Below are positions 47,832 to 57,226 of a stretch of 60,495 nt of DNA, in pieces. The notes under the pieces were generated by a model. It had not been told where the DNA came from. It was given only the letters and a program-made list of their open reading frames with translations, and ran no database searches. How positions within the stretch are numbered: position 1 is the stretch's first letter; every line of letters begins with the position of its first letter. The stretch covers positions 1 to 60,495 of the IMG/VR virus record IMGVR_UViG_3300020202_000083; one strand, given 5' to 3'. Origin of the DNA: a virus (Duplodnaviria > Caudoviricetes). The translations under genes were made by a program, and so were the position numbers.

Positions 47832-48025
47832 CCGAACCGCGTTACCTCAAGCCGGCAGAGGTGGCGGCTCTCCTCAACGTGAGCAAGCCGACGGCCATGA
47901 AGCTCGCCCGCACCGAAGGCTTGCCCATGGTTCAGCTCGGTCCACGGGTGTATCGATTCGATCGCGCGGCCGTAGAGGCATGGGTAGAGAAGCGACGCAC
48001 CGCGCAGCAAAGGAAGGCGGGCTGA
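47828..48025 (+). CDS. Excisionase-like HTH_17 protein
   Basis: YLKPAEVAALLNVS...LPMVQLG..YRFDRAAVEAW; directly before integrase. Confidence 0.8.
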   Translation: MTEPRYLKPAEVAALLNVSKPTAMKLARTEGLPMVQLGPRVYRFDRAAVEAWVEKRRTAQQRKAG

Positions 48026-49347
48026 TGGCTGTTGTCGAACGTAGGCGCAAGCGTGGGACCGTTTACTACGTGTGTACGTCCGTCAAGGGCGCGAAGCACT
48101 GGGAAAAGGTCGGCACCAACAAGCGGGAGGCAGAGACACTCGACAGGCAGCGTCGGCGCGAGGTCAAGGAAGGGACGTTCAGACCAGGGCAGGCGACGGC
48201 GCAGATGCTAGTCGAGACGTTCGGCCGTCGCTGGCTCGAGACGCGCAAGAATCGCACGGCACACAACGACGCGCGCTTGCTTGAGATCCATGTTTTCACC
48301 GTCGCCTGGTTCGCCAAGCTTCCCATCGGTGACGTGCGCCCGAAGCACTTTCCGAAGCTGGCCGGTGAGCTGCTTGCTGCTGGCAAGCTCGGCAGCAAGA
48401 GCATCAGTCTTGTGATGGGCCTCGTGCGTGTACTGTTCCGCGATGCAGCGCTCGAGGATGTGATCGAGGCCAATCCCTACGTGATGCCGCGCGGCCTGCT
48501 CAAGCGCTCTGGCAAGAAGCGCGAGCCGTACACAGCCACGGAAGCCGTTGCCCTACTCACGGCTCCCAAAGATGCTCTGTGGCGCGCCTGGAATCACGCG
48601 GCCTTCTACACTGGCCAGCGCTGCGGCGAGCTCTGTGGGCTTCGCTGGGGCGACTGGGACGATATGCCGAAGCCGCTCGGCTCTCTCCTCTGTGAGCGTC
48701 AGTACGACGGCCAGGCTCTGAAGACAGACCGACCGCGCATCGTGCCGGTGCACCCTGAGCTACGGGCGGCTCTGCTCGTTTGGCGCGAACAGTGGGCGGC
48801 AATGTTCTGCCGGGAGCCGGAGCCCAATGATCTGATCTTCCCTGCCCCGGATGGTCAGGCCTTCTCGAAGTCGAGCGTCTACAAGGCGTGGCTTCGCGGC
48901 TGCAAGGCCGCCGAGGTCACCAACCGCTCCGTCCATTCAACGAGACACACCTTCATCACCTTCGCGCGGCGCGGTGGGGCCAACCGCGAGGTGGTCGAAC
49001 TCATCACCCACAACCCAAAGGGGACCATCGTCGACCGGTACACTACCAGGGACTGGGCCGAGCTCTGTGAGGCCGTGCTGGCCGTTCGGTACGTTGACGC
49101 GCCGGTTGACGCGGCGACGAAATCTAGCGGTTTTAAAGGCTCCAGCTCCTGGACTCGAACCTCGTCCACCTCAGAAAACCGGGAGAAAACCTGGAGCGCT
49201 CAGGAAACTGCGCGTAGCGAAAACACCGAGAGATCAGCGGTACGGCGCCACGGTGACGCGCGGGTTGACGCAAGCCAACTTGAGTTAGCCCCTGCTACCT
49301 GGGCGCTCGCCTACGCCGCCAATGACGTGCTCCGGAGGGCGGGGTGA
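48025..49347 (+). CDS. int: Tyrosine integrase containing attP
   Basis: YTGQRCGELCGLRW, K, HSTRHTF, THN...DRY catalytic set. Confidence 0.92.
   Translation: MAVVERRRKRGTVYYVCTSVKGAKHWEKVGTNKREAETLDRQRRREVKEGTFRPGQATAQMLVETFGRRWLETRKNRTAHNDARLLEIHVFTVAWFAKLPIGDVRPKHFPKLAGELLAAGKLGSKSISLVMGLVRVLFRDAALEDVIEANPYVMPRGLLKRSGKKREPYTATEAVALLTAPKDALWRAWNHAAFYTGQRCGELCGLRWGDWDDMPKPLGSLLCERQYDGQALKTDRPRIVPVHPELRAALLVWREQWAAMFCREPEPNDLIFPAPDGQAFSKSSVYKAWLRGCKAAEVTNRSVHSTRHTFITFARRGGANREVVELITHNPKGTIVDRYTTRDWAELCEAVLAVRYVDAPVDAATKSSGFKGSSSWTRTSSTSENREKTWSAQETARSENTERSAVRRHGDARVDASQLELAPATWALAYAANDVLRRAG
49093..49271. other. attP: tRNA 3'-end core (49138-49161) flanked by paired GTTGACGC arm-type repeats
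   Basis: Minus strand GGTTCGAGTCCAGGAGCTGGAGCC; repeats at 49093, 49105, 49252 (GGTGACGC), 49264. Confidence 0.8.
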
Positions 49348-49565
49348 GCGCCGACATCATCTCCCTCGACGACTATCGTCAGGAGCTCGCTGAGCGCGCC
49401 TGCGGGGTCGGTAAGTACTCTGGTGCCCGGCTGGTCGACGGGACGGTCGTGGTCAGCACCAGTCTTGACGATGAGGCCATGATTCTGAAGCCGGCCGCGG
49501 CTCGGACGCTGGCCCTCATGCTGCTCCACTTGGCTGATGTGGCGGATGGGGGTGACCGTGGCTAA
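49344..49565 (+). CDS. Hypothetical protein
   Basis: GTGA overlap with int; ADIISLDDYR. Confidence 0.5.
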   Translation: MSADIISLDDYRQELAERACGVGKYSGARLVDGTVVVSTSLDDEAMILKPAAARTLALMLLHLADVADGGDRG

Positions 49566-49842
49566 CGCACGTCGCTTGCTGCCCAGCCCCGTCCAGCTCG
49601 TCCGCAAGCGGCCGCTCATTCTCCAGCCGCACAAGTACAACGCAAGCACCGAGGACCTCGTCGGCAAGCGCTTTGGTTATGTCGTTGTTCTCTCTAGGGC
49701 TCCGACGGTAGCAATGTCTCGCTGGCGCTGTCGGTGCGACTGCGGGGCGGAGTTCGTACGCGACGGCAACTCGCTCAAGCAGTCCGAGAAGCATGGGCAC
49801 GTAGCTAGCTGTGGGTGCAGGGGTCGGAGGCGAAGCACATGA
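49558..49842 (+). CDS. HNH-associated N-terminal domain without nuclease
   Basis: DLVGKRFG...WRCRCDCG...SCGC. Confidence 0.55.
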   Translation: MANARRLLPSPVQLVRKRPLILQPHKYNASTEDLVGKRFGYVVVLSRAPTVAMSRWRCRCDCGAEFVRDGNSLKQSEKHGHVASCGCRGRRRST

Positions 49843-50053
49843 AAAGATGGTGCCCGAATTGCGGCGTGGACTGCGATTGCGCGGATGCGTTCACAGTGAA
49901 CCAACCGCCCAAGCAACTGTATCTCTATATCGCCGACTCCGCGAGTCCAACGACATACGGAACACGCACCTACGCCACTGGACTACGTAGGGCCACCAAC
50001 GCCGACTTGGAGGCTTTGGGGCTGCAGCGCAAACGCACGAAGAGGAGGCGCAC

Positions 50054-50647
50054 ATGAAAGTCGCGGCCCTCTACATCGACCCTCGCGGGCCGTACCCGAA
50101 GCTGCTCGGGCCGGAGATGTGCTGGGACGAAGCCAGGGACGCGCGTACGTACGCCGGACCGTGGCCGGTGGTGGCGCATCCGCCGTGTGGTGCCTGGGGT
50201 AAGCTGAGACACCTATACGAAGGCAGCGACCGCGACTGCGCTCCGATTGCCATTGAGCAGGTCCGCCGCTTCGGCGGCGTTCTCGAGCATCCCGCTGGCT
50301 CCGAACTCTGGCGGATTTACCAACTGCCGCCGCCCGATGTGCTCATGTCGGACGGATTCGGGTTCTCGTTCGAGGTTGACCAGTGCGCCTGGGGTCATGT
50401 CGCCAGAAAGCGGACCTGGCTTTACGTCGCTCATGTCCCGCGGACGACCGTCACGGCAGGCATTCGATTCGGTGGCACGCCGACGCACTGGCTAAGCGGC
50501 GGACGCACCAGCTCGAGCCGCAAAGGCTCGCCGGTCCCACCCGGCATCAAGGTGTGCAGCGCCCAGCAGCGCCGCCGCACCCCCACCGCTTTCGCCGAGT
50601 GGCTCATCAGCTTGGCCGCGCAGGCCGGCAAGGAGCGTGCAGCGTGA
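50054..50647 (+). CDS. DNA cytosine methyltransferase-like protein (compact)
   Basis: DAR, AHPPC, VLEHP, VDQ...RKRTW motifs. Confidence 0.65.
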   Translation: MKVAALYIDPRGPYPKLLGPEMCWDEARDARTYAGPWPVVAHPPCGAWGKLRHLYEGSDRDCAPIAIEQVRRFGGVLEHPAGSELWRIYQLPPPDVLMSDGFGFSFEVDQCAWGHVARKRTWLYVAHVPRTTVTAGIRFGGTPTHWLSGGRTSSSRKGSPVPPGIKVCSAQQRRRTPTAFAEWLISLAAQAGKERAA

Positions 50648-50970
50648 ACATCCGAATCATCAATGCGAACTCCGGCGCAACCAGGACTGGCACCTTTGAA
50701 TGCTTTCACGGTGGCAAGAAGTCGCCATGGGCAGAGATTCGGCTGGGAATGGCTGGCGTCTACAACTTTTCGCTTCGGACAGGATGGTGCGAGCACAAGT
50801 CGACTGAGGCGCCGGCTTGGTTCGTACTCGCTGAAGATCTAGAACTTCTTCGAGAGGCAGCGCGCGAGAAGAAGCTGTCGTTCACTGTGGCGCCCATTCA
50901 AGCCCCGCAGCGTAGCGACGCCAAGCCGCGCAAGGCTCGTGGTCCCCAGGTTGCCCCCCCCGCTGTTTGA
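50644..50970 (+). CDS. Hypothetical protein
   Basis: GTGA overlap, AAGGAG RBS. Confidence 0.45.
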   Translation: MNIRIINANSGATRTGTFECFHGGKKSPWAEIRLGMAGVYNFSLRTGWCEHKSTEAPAWFVLAEDLELLREAAREKKLSFTVAPIQAPQRSDAKPRKARGPQVAPPAV

Positions 50971-50973
50971 ACG

Positions 50974-51381
50974 ATGAGCGACGTTGCCATCGACAACGGC
51001 TCGCGTGCGCTTTGGATCCCTCGCCGGGCCCCGAATCTGAACGACCTTATTCGGGCGCACGCGCAGCACCCGCACGTCTACGATCGAATCAAGAAGAGCT
51101 GGGCAGATACGGTGGCGCTCGTGGCAGCACCGCGCTGCATCGCCAGTCTGCGAGGCGTGCCGTGCTCCGTTCACTTTGAGCTCATCGAAAAGGATAGCCG
51201 CCGAGACCCAGACAACATCGCTGCCGGCGCTGCGAAACTCATTCTCGACGGGCTCGTGAAAGCAGGCGTAATCGAAGGCGACGGCTGGAAGCACATCAGC
51301 GGTCTGAGTTTTTCGTGGCGCGTGGGTGAGCCGGTAGGCGTGCGGGTTGTGCTTACGCCAAGTGTAGGGGTGGCGGCGTGA
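50974..51381 (+). CDS. RusA-like Holliday junction resolvase
   Basis: PNLND, RRDPDN...KLILDGLVKAGVIEGD. Confidence 0.8.
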   Translation: MSDVAIDNGSRALWIPRRAPNLNDLIRAHAQHPHVYDRIKKSWADTVALVAAPRCIASLRGVPCSVHFELIEKDSRRDPDNIAAGAAKLILDGLVKAGVIEGDGWKHISGLSFSWRVGEPVGVRVVLTPSVGVAA

Positions 51382-51680
51382 AAGCTCTCGACCTCGAGGA
51401 GTTCCGCGGCGTGCTTTTTCTGACTGTGAGTCGGCGCGTGTGGCTCTTCTTCCGCGTCACCGAGGTGTGGTGGGCCAAAGACGTCAAGGACGTAAGCTTC
51501 GACGGCAAACGAAAGTGCCGAGACTGGAACCGGGAACACGACGGGAAGGCCGATTGTAGTCTCTCGTTCAGCCGACGACTTGACTGCCTGGCGGACGCCT
51601 GGATGCTTCGCACCGAGCAGGTCGAGAGTCTTTCAGTCAACGTTCATCGCCTGCCAAGGCGGGCTGGAGGCGGGACGTGA
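51378..51680 (+). CDS. Hypothetical protein
   Basis: Coupled ORF. Confidence 0.4.
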   Translation: MKALDLEEFRGVLFLTVSRRVWLFFRVTEVWWAKDVKDVSFDGKRKCRDWNREHDGKADCSLSFSRRLDCLADAWMLRTEQVESLSVNVHRLPRRAGGGT

Positions 51681-51690
51681 GGAACCGCGC

Positions 51691-52710
51691 GTGAGCCGTA
51701 TTCGTACCGTCAAGCCGGAGTGGCTACAGGACGAGCGCCTAGCACTCGCGAGCGCAGAGGCACGCGTGCTCTCGATCGCGCTCATCCTGCTTGCCGACGA
51801 CTACGGCAATGGTCGAGCCAACTCGGTGGTGCTCGGAGCCACTGTGTTCCCTGGCGAGGACAGTCCGCGCACGACTTTTGTCGCCGCCGCCGAAGAGCTC
51901 ATCAAAATCAGATTCGTCCGCTTCTACGAGGTCGACGGGCAGCGCTACTTCTCGATTCGCAACTGGTCGAAGCATCAGCGGGTTGATCACCCAAGCGATC
52001 CGAAGGTGCCTGCGCCACGGCCAGAAGATGACGACACTGAAACAGCGCACCTTCACACGGCCGATGGCCCTGGGGCTGGTGCACAGAATCGCGCAGGCAC
52101 GGCCGACGGCCCTGAGCAACGCGATCACGCTGCCACGACAGCTGTAAGTAAACGAAAGGACACAAAACAAGTCGACTCGCGAAACTCTCGCGAGTCCCTC
52201 GAGAATGACTCAGGAGGATTTCGATCCTCGCGCGATCCCATCCCTTCCTCTGATCTCTCCCTTCTTACAAAGCCTTTAACGGATCTACCTGAAAAGCCTG
52301 GATCTGCGCACGCGCGGAGCAAACCACAGGCCAAAGCAAAGCCGACCGAGGACCGGGTGCCGAGGCCGCTAGCGCAGGACTGGCAGCCCGAAGCCGAGCA
52401 GGTCTCGGCGCTGGCAGCGAAGCACCAGGTCACGGAGGCGCGCATTCGGGCAATGCTGCCGGAATTCGTTTGGTATTGGCGCAAGGACGGCAAAAAGACT
52501 ACCGCGCGTGGCTGGGCGCAGACGTTTTCGAACCGAATGGACACGCTGGCGAAGAACGGCCAGCTCTACATCGCTCGCCCAGGCGAGAGCGCGCCGACGA
52601 CACCAGACGACGCCGACGAGCGCCGTAAACGCGCCGCCGAGGTCGAGGCCAGGGCTCGGGCCGTCCGCGACGCCAAACCGCGTGTAGCGGGCAGCCAGGG
52701 GGCTTCGTGA
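51691..52710 (+). CDS. Replication initiator (lambda O-like) with internal ori candidate
   Basis: SRIRTVKPEW...ADDYG...NWSKHQR N-domain; DnaT-like C-domain; precedes DnaB. Confidence 0.8.
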   Translation: MSRIRTVKPEWLQDERLALASAEARVLSIALILLADDYGNGRANSVVLGATVFPGEDSPRTTFVAAAEELIKIRFVRFYEVDGQRYFSIRNWSKHQRVDHPSDPKVPAPRPEDDDTETAHLHTADGPGAGAQNRAGTADGPEQRDHAATTAVSKRKDTKQVDSRNSRESLENDSGGFRSSRDPIPSSDLSLLTKPLTDLPEKPGSAHARSKPQAKAKPTEDRVPRPLAQDWQPEAEQVSALAAKHQVTEARIRAMLPEFVWYWRKDGKKTTARGWAQTFSNRMDTLAKNGQLYIARPGESAPTTPDDADERRKRAAEVEARARAVRDAKPRVAGSQGAS

Positions 52711-54125
52711 GCGAGCACCTAGTCCCGCCCAGTGATCTCGACGCTGAGGCGACCGTGCTGTCAGCCGTGCTGGTTCAGAAAGGCGCGCTGGAGGAAGTCG
52801 ACCATTTTCTGAAAGCCGCGCACTTCTACGCCGACGCCAATCGATGGATCTGGGAAGCCGTCACCGATCTCGCGAGCGCTGGCAAACCGACGGATCCCAT
52901 GATGGTCGCAGGCTGGCTACGCGACCACAACCGGCTGGCTCAGGTAGGTGGGGCCTCCTACATCGCGCAGCTCGTCGAGACAGTGCCGCCCACCGTGCGA
53001 CTCGCGGCGACGGCCATGCGCATCGTCGACAAGTGGCGATTGCGTCGCATCATCGACGAGGCACGGGCCATCGTGGCCGAGGCCTACACGAACGCGGATG
53101 ACGTGGCGGGGTTTGTGCAGAGGGCCGAGGCGCGGATCTTCGGTGCCAGCCAAAGCCTTGTGCGGACCAGCACGATCGCGTCCGCCGGCGAGGTGATGCG
53201 AGAGTGCATCGAAGAAGCCCGCGAGACGCGGGACGGGAGTCGACCGCGCGGCATATCGACCGGCTTTGCGTCTCTCGACAAGCGCATCGGTGGGCTACGC
53301 GGTGGCCGCGTCTACGTGTGCGCTGGCCGCCCCGGCATGGGCAAGACCTCCTTCGCAACCAAAGCTGCGCGCACGCTGGCCAAGTCGACTGCTGAGCGCC
53401 GTGGGGTCTTCTTTGCCTCGGTCGAGATGCCTCGAAAGCAGATTGGAGATCGGTTGATTGCTCAAGAGGCGCAGCTCGATACGCGGGCCGTCGAAATGGC
53501 GATGATGAATCGTGGCGAGTGGGAAGACTACACGAACGCTGCGAATCGTATCGCGCAGTGGCCACTCATCATCGAGGACCGCGGCGGCCTGACGCTGTCC
53601 GACCTGCGGAGTTCGCTCAGGCGAGCTGTGCGCAGGCTCGAGTCGGTGCACGAGACCAGCCTGGGGCTCATCTGCATCGACTACCTGCAGCTGATGAGCA
53701 CGGCCGACCTTGGCAAGGGCATGGACCCAAATCAGCGCCTAGAGCTTCTGAGCGCAGCTTTGGTTGCGATTGCCAAGGAGTTCGACGTGCCTGTGGTTCT
53801 GCTTTCGCAGCTCAATCGCGAGTGTGAGAAGAGGGTCGACAAGAGGCCGATCCTGGCAGATCTGCGCGGCTCTGGCGCTATCGAGCAGGACGCGCACACC
53901 ATCATCTTTTTTTACCGCGAGGACGTTTACCGCGCACCGGGCGACGCCAAGGATCGCTCCGCCGAAATCATCGTCGCCAAGGCGCGCGGAGGGCGCACCG
54001 GCACCGTGAGGGCGGACTACCTCGAATACTGCACGGAGTTTCTAGATCGAGTGGACGATGACCCACACGACGCATTCGCTCGACAGTTCGACGACTTCGT
54101 CACAAGTGAGGCTGCAGCAGAATGA
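52707..54125 (+). CDS. dnaB: Replicative DNA helicase
   Basis: AGRPGMGKT, SVEM, IDYLQLM, LSQLNR, DLRGSGAIEQDA. Confidence 0.95.
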   Translation: MSEHLVPPSDLDAEATVLSAVLVQKGALEEVDHFLKAAHFYADANRWIWEAVTDLASAGKPTDPMMVAGWLRDHNRLAQVGGASYIAQLVETVPPTVRLAATAMRIVDKWRLRRIIDEARAIVAEAYTNADDVAGFVQRAEARIFGASQSLVRTSTIASAGEVMRECIEEARETRDGSRPRGISTGFASLDKRIGGLRGGRVYVCAGRPGMGKTSFATKAARTLAKSTAERRGVFFASVEMPRKQIGDRLIAQEAQLDTRAVEMAMMNRGEWEDYTNAANRIAQWPLIIEDRGGLTLSDLRSSLRRAVRRLESVHETSLGLICIDYLQLMSTADLGKGMDPNQRLELLSAALVAIAKEFDVPVVLLSQLNRECEKRVDKRPILADLRGSGAIEQDAHTIIFFYREDVYRAPGDAKDRSAEIIVAKARGGRTGTVRADYLEYCTEFLDRVDDDPHDAFARQFDDFVTSEAAAE

Positions 54126-56620
54126 CCACCCCAAAAATCTCCCTAGCCATGATTGTTCGGGACGACGAATCGACGATCGAGGCGTGTCTCCAGTCAGCGC
54201 GTCCGCACGTGGACGAAATCGTTATTTGTGACACTGGCAGCAGTGACCGAACGCCCGAGATCTGCCGCAAGTACGCTGACAAGTGGGAGCTGTTTTTGGG
54301 CGCGAACGACGAGGAGGGTCGAATCGTCGACTTCGCTATGGCGCGCAACAAGAGCTTCGCCATGGTGACCGGAGAGTTTGTGCTCTGGCTCGATGGCGAC
54401 GATGTTCTTCGCGGCGGTGAACACCTACGCAAACTCGCGGCAGAGTCGACTCACGAATACGTCCAATACCTCTTCCCCTACGAGTACGCACGCGATGATG
54501 CCGGCAACGTAACGCTGCTACAGATGCGCGAGCGACTGATGCACCCGCCTCACGCGCAGGTCTGGCGAAGCCCGGTGCACGAGTACTGCGTCTGCGAGTC
54601 GAACGGGGCACCCGTCCCGATGATCGTCTGTGACGAGGTCGTGGTAGAACACCATAGCCGTCAATCGACCAAGCAGCGCGAGCCTCAGCGGAACCTCCGC
54701 ATCCTAAAGAACTACGTCCAGCGCGTCGGCGAAAGTGACGTGCGAGCGCTGTACTACATTGGCGTGGAGTACGCGGCGGCCGGAGACATTGGCAATTCGC
54801 TGCGTTACCTAAAACGCTACGTTCAGCTCGCGGATTGGGACGACGAGAAGTGCAAGGCGCTGCTCTCTATCGGCGAGCACTACCGGCAGATCGGCGACCA
54901 CGACGAGGCCATCCGCTGGACCACCCAGGCCATGACCACCAAGAGCTGGCCGGAGCCCTATTTCGCGCTCGGGAGGAGCTACTACGCCATGGCTGAGCGC
55001 GGCGAGCATCCCGAGAAGAACTACCGACGCGCGGCGTTCTTCATCGTCAAGGGGCTTGAACAGCCGACAGATCCGGTGCTCTTTGCCAACCCGCTCGATC
55101 GGTTTGCGATCCACGCTTACCTGAACGTTTGCTTTCACGCAGTGGGTGACCACGAGCGTGCGCTCTGGTCGTGCGAGGAGGGACTCAAGGGTCTGCCGGG
55201 CCATGGCGTACTGCTCAATAACGCCAAGGAGTACCGGAAGGCCAAGGCGCGGAGCGCGGTAGCGAGCGGGATCGATGAGCTCGAGAGGCTAGAGGCCATC
55301 CCGCCGACACAGGTTGCGCTCCTGCGCGCTGCTCTCAAGGGGCAGCTCAACATTGAAACAGACTTGCCGGCTCAGGCGAATGGTACGCAGGGAGAACCTG
55401 CGGCGGCCGATGCTGTTGGGGCCCATGAAACAAAGCCCGAGCCCGGCTTTCTGGACGTCGTTCTCTTCTTGGGCCCCGCGCTCGAACGCTGGACGCCGGA
55501 GACGTGGGCAAAGACAGGAATGGGCGGCAGCGAAACGATGGCCTGGGAAATGGCTCGGCGGCTGCGAAAGCTCGGCCACCGCGTGCGCGTCTACACCGAC
55601 TGCACACCCGCCCAAGAGGGACTCTACGAAAACGTCGAGTGGTTGCAATGGCAGCGCTTCCGCCAGGTTGAGTGCGACGTTTTGATCGCGAGCCGGTTCC
55701 CGTGGGCGGTTGACGATGCGGTGAGGGTTAACGACGTGGAGATTGGTGGCTGCAAGGCGACGGTGCGACTCTTGTGGGTCCACGATTGTCACGTAGGTGA
55801 GCACTTGGACCTGCGGCGCGCTGCCCGGTTCGATCGAATCCTCTGTCTGAGCCAGTGGCACAAGCGCTTCTTCGTCGGTTGCTACCAGGGGATCGATGCG
55901 GACAAGGTGTACGTCACCAGAAACGGCATCGACCTCGCTCGGTTCGATGGCACCGAGGAGCGCAATCCGCATCGCGCAGTGTACAGTTCAAGCCCAGACC
56001 GCGGGCTGCTCGCCGCCGTCATGGCCTGGCCGAAGGTGCGCGAGCAGGTCCAGGACGCGGAGTTACATGTGTTCTACGGCTTCGGGAATTGGGAGAAGAG
56101 TGCGCAGGGTGACCAGGCTCAGCTAGGACAGGTCGCACACCTGAAGCAGCTGTGTCGGTCAACCGCTGGTGTGGTGCTACGCGACCGAGTGAATCAGAAG
56201 CAGCTAGCGCGAGAGTTCATGCGGGCAGGAGTGTGGTGCTACGGAACCTGGTTCTCAGAAACCTCGTGCCTGACAGCGATGGAGGCCCAGGCCGCCGGCC
56301 TTCACATCGTGACGTCGCCTATCGCTGCGCTCGTCGAAACCGTCGGCGACCGTGGCGTGATGCTGAAAGAGCCATGGGGCGGAGACAGTTTCCCGCCGCC
56401 TCCGCCTCGGACTGAGTTCGTTGCAGAGCTCGCTGAGAAAACAATCCAGGCAATGCACGCGGCCGGTATTGGCCCAAACGAGTACGGCATCGACTACGCC
56501 CGCGAGCACTTCGGCCTCGACACTCTCGCTGACAACTGGTCGGCAATGCTGATCGAGATGGTCGAGGACATGCGGGAGCGCGTGGTGCCGGCATTCAAGG
56601 ATTGGGAGGCTGCGGAGTGA
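54122..56620 (+). CDS. GT2 - TPR - GT4 fused glycosyltransferase
   Basis: SLAMIVRDD...DTGSSD...ARN...WLDGDD...VHE; TPR helices; GMGGSET, YSSSPDRGL, ETSCLTAMEAQAAG. Confidence 0.88.
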   Translation: MTTPKISLAMIVRDDESTIEACLQSARPHVDEIVICDTGSSDRTPEICRKYADKWELFLGANDEEGRIVDFAMARNKSFAMVTGEFVLWLDGDDVLRGGEHLRKLAAESTHEYVQYLFPYEYARDDAGNVTLLQMRERLMHPPHAQVWRSPVHEYCVCESNGAPVPMIVCDEVVVEHHSRQSTKQREPQRNLRILKNYVQRVGESDVRALYYIGVEYAAAGDIGNSLRYLKRYVQLADWDDEKCKALLSIGEHYRQIGDHDEAIRWTTQAMTTKSWPEPYFALGRSYYAMAERGEHPEKNYRRAAFFIVKGLEQPTDPVLFANPLDRFAIHAYLNVCFHAVGDHERALWSCEEGLKGLPGHGVLLNNAKEYRKAKARSAVASGIDELERLEAIPPTQVALLRAALKGQLNIETDLPAQANGTQGEPAAADAVGAHETKPEPGFLDVVLFLGPALERWTPETWAKTGMGGSETMAWEMARRLRKLGHRVRVYTDCTPAQEGLYENVEWLQWQRFRQVECDVLIASRFPWAVDDAVRVNDVEIGGCKATVRLLWVHDCHVGEHLDLRRAARFDRILCLSQWHKRFFVGCYQGIDADKVYVTRNGIDLARFDGTEERNPHRAVYSSSPDRGLLAAVMAWPKVREQVQDAELHVFYGFGNWEKSAQGDQAQLGQVAHLKQLCRSTAGVVLRDRVNQKQLAREFMRAGVWCYGTWFSETSCLTAMEAQAAGLHIVTSPIAALVETVGDRGVMLKEPWGGDSFPPPPPRTEFVAELAEKTIQAMHAAGIGPNEYGIDYAREHFGLDTLADNWSAMLIEMVEDMRERVVPAFKDWEAAE

Positions 56621-56916
56621 GGTGTTCTCGCAAGGAAGCGAAGTACATCGGGCGCACGGCTCTGGAGATTGTCTACTCGGGCGCCGCCGCACTGATGCGC
56701 GATGGGAAGACGTGCTCAAAGGCGTTTGTCGGGCCCAGCACCTTCCAGCTCGTGCACGATCAACTGGTATTTAGTCGAGACCCAACGCTGCGAGCCGAGT
56801 GGGACGGGAACCGCTGTTACCTGAGAGTTGCCGTATGTGGCCGAGAGTTGAGCATCCACATGGATCCGAGCCTCGAAGAGGGTGACGTCGAGTTTTCGAT
56901 GAGGAGCGACAAGTGA
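56617..56916 (+). CDS. Hypothetical protein
   Basis: GTGA overlap. Confidence 0.4.
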   Translation: MRCSRKEAKYIGRTALEIVYSGAAALMRDGKTCSKAFVGPSTFQLVHDQLVFSRDPTLRAEWDGNRCYLRVAVCGRELSIHMDPSLEEGDVEFSMRSDK

Positions 56917-56980
56917 AGGATCATAGTTACGAGCTAGTTCTAGCCGTCATCACGCTGGTGTTTCTGTGGTGGGTGCTGCG

Positions 56981-57226
56981 ATGATGCAAGTGATTAACAC
57001 AGTCTCCAGCGTGCTATCGCTGCTGGCTTGCATCTACATGTATCGCGCGATGCTCGGTTACAAGCGCGCAGCGACGAACTGGGAGCAGGTTGCCTACAAG
57101 GCTACGGCGGACCTCGTGGCAGCGGAGGCGCGGGGCGACGAGTTTCGCGATGCGTACCTCGCGCTGGCCGATGAGCGCACGGCGTCACTGCTCAAGGTGG
57201 CAGGAAAACAGGCGGGGTGGTCATGA
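56981..57226 (+). CDS. Small membrane-anchored protein
   Basis: N-terminal TM then helix. Confidence 0.45.
   Translation: MMQVINTVSSVLSLLACIYMYRAMLGYKRAATNWEQVAYKATADLVAAEARGDEFRDAYLALADERTASLLKVAGKQAGWS

Noticed and set aside
49138-49161. A phage tRNA gene
   Set aside because: Only the T-loop and acceptor 3' strand are present, with no D or anticodon arm; it is an att core
49312-49347. ssrA-like degron (AAND) at the Int C-terminus and the many proteins ending in AA
   Set aside because: Int ends RRAG, not LAA; several AA endings are explained by GAGGCGGCG-type RBS/stop overlaps
49558-49842. Split HNH complementing 33123-33719
   Set aside because: The two ORFs are 16 kb apart in opposite operons; such domains often occur alone
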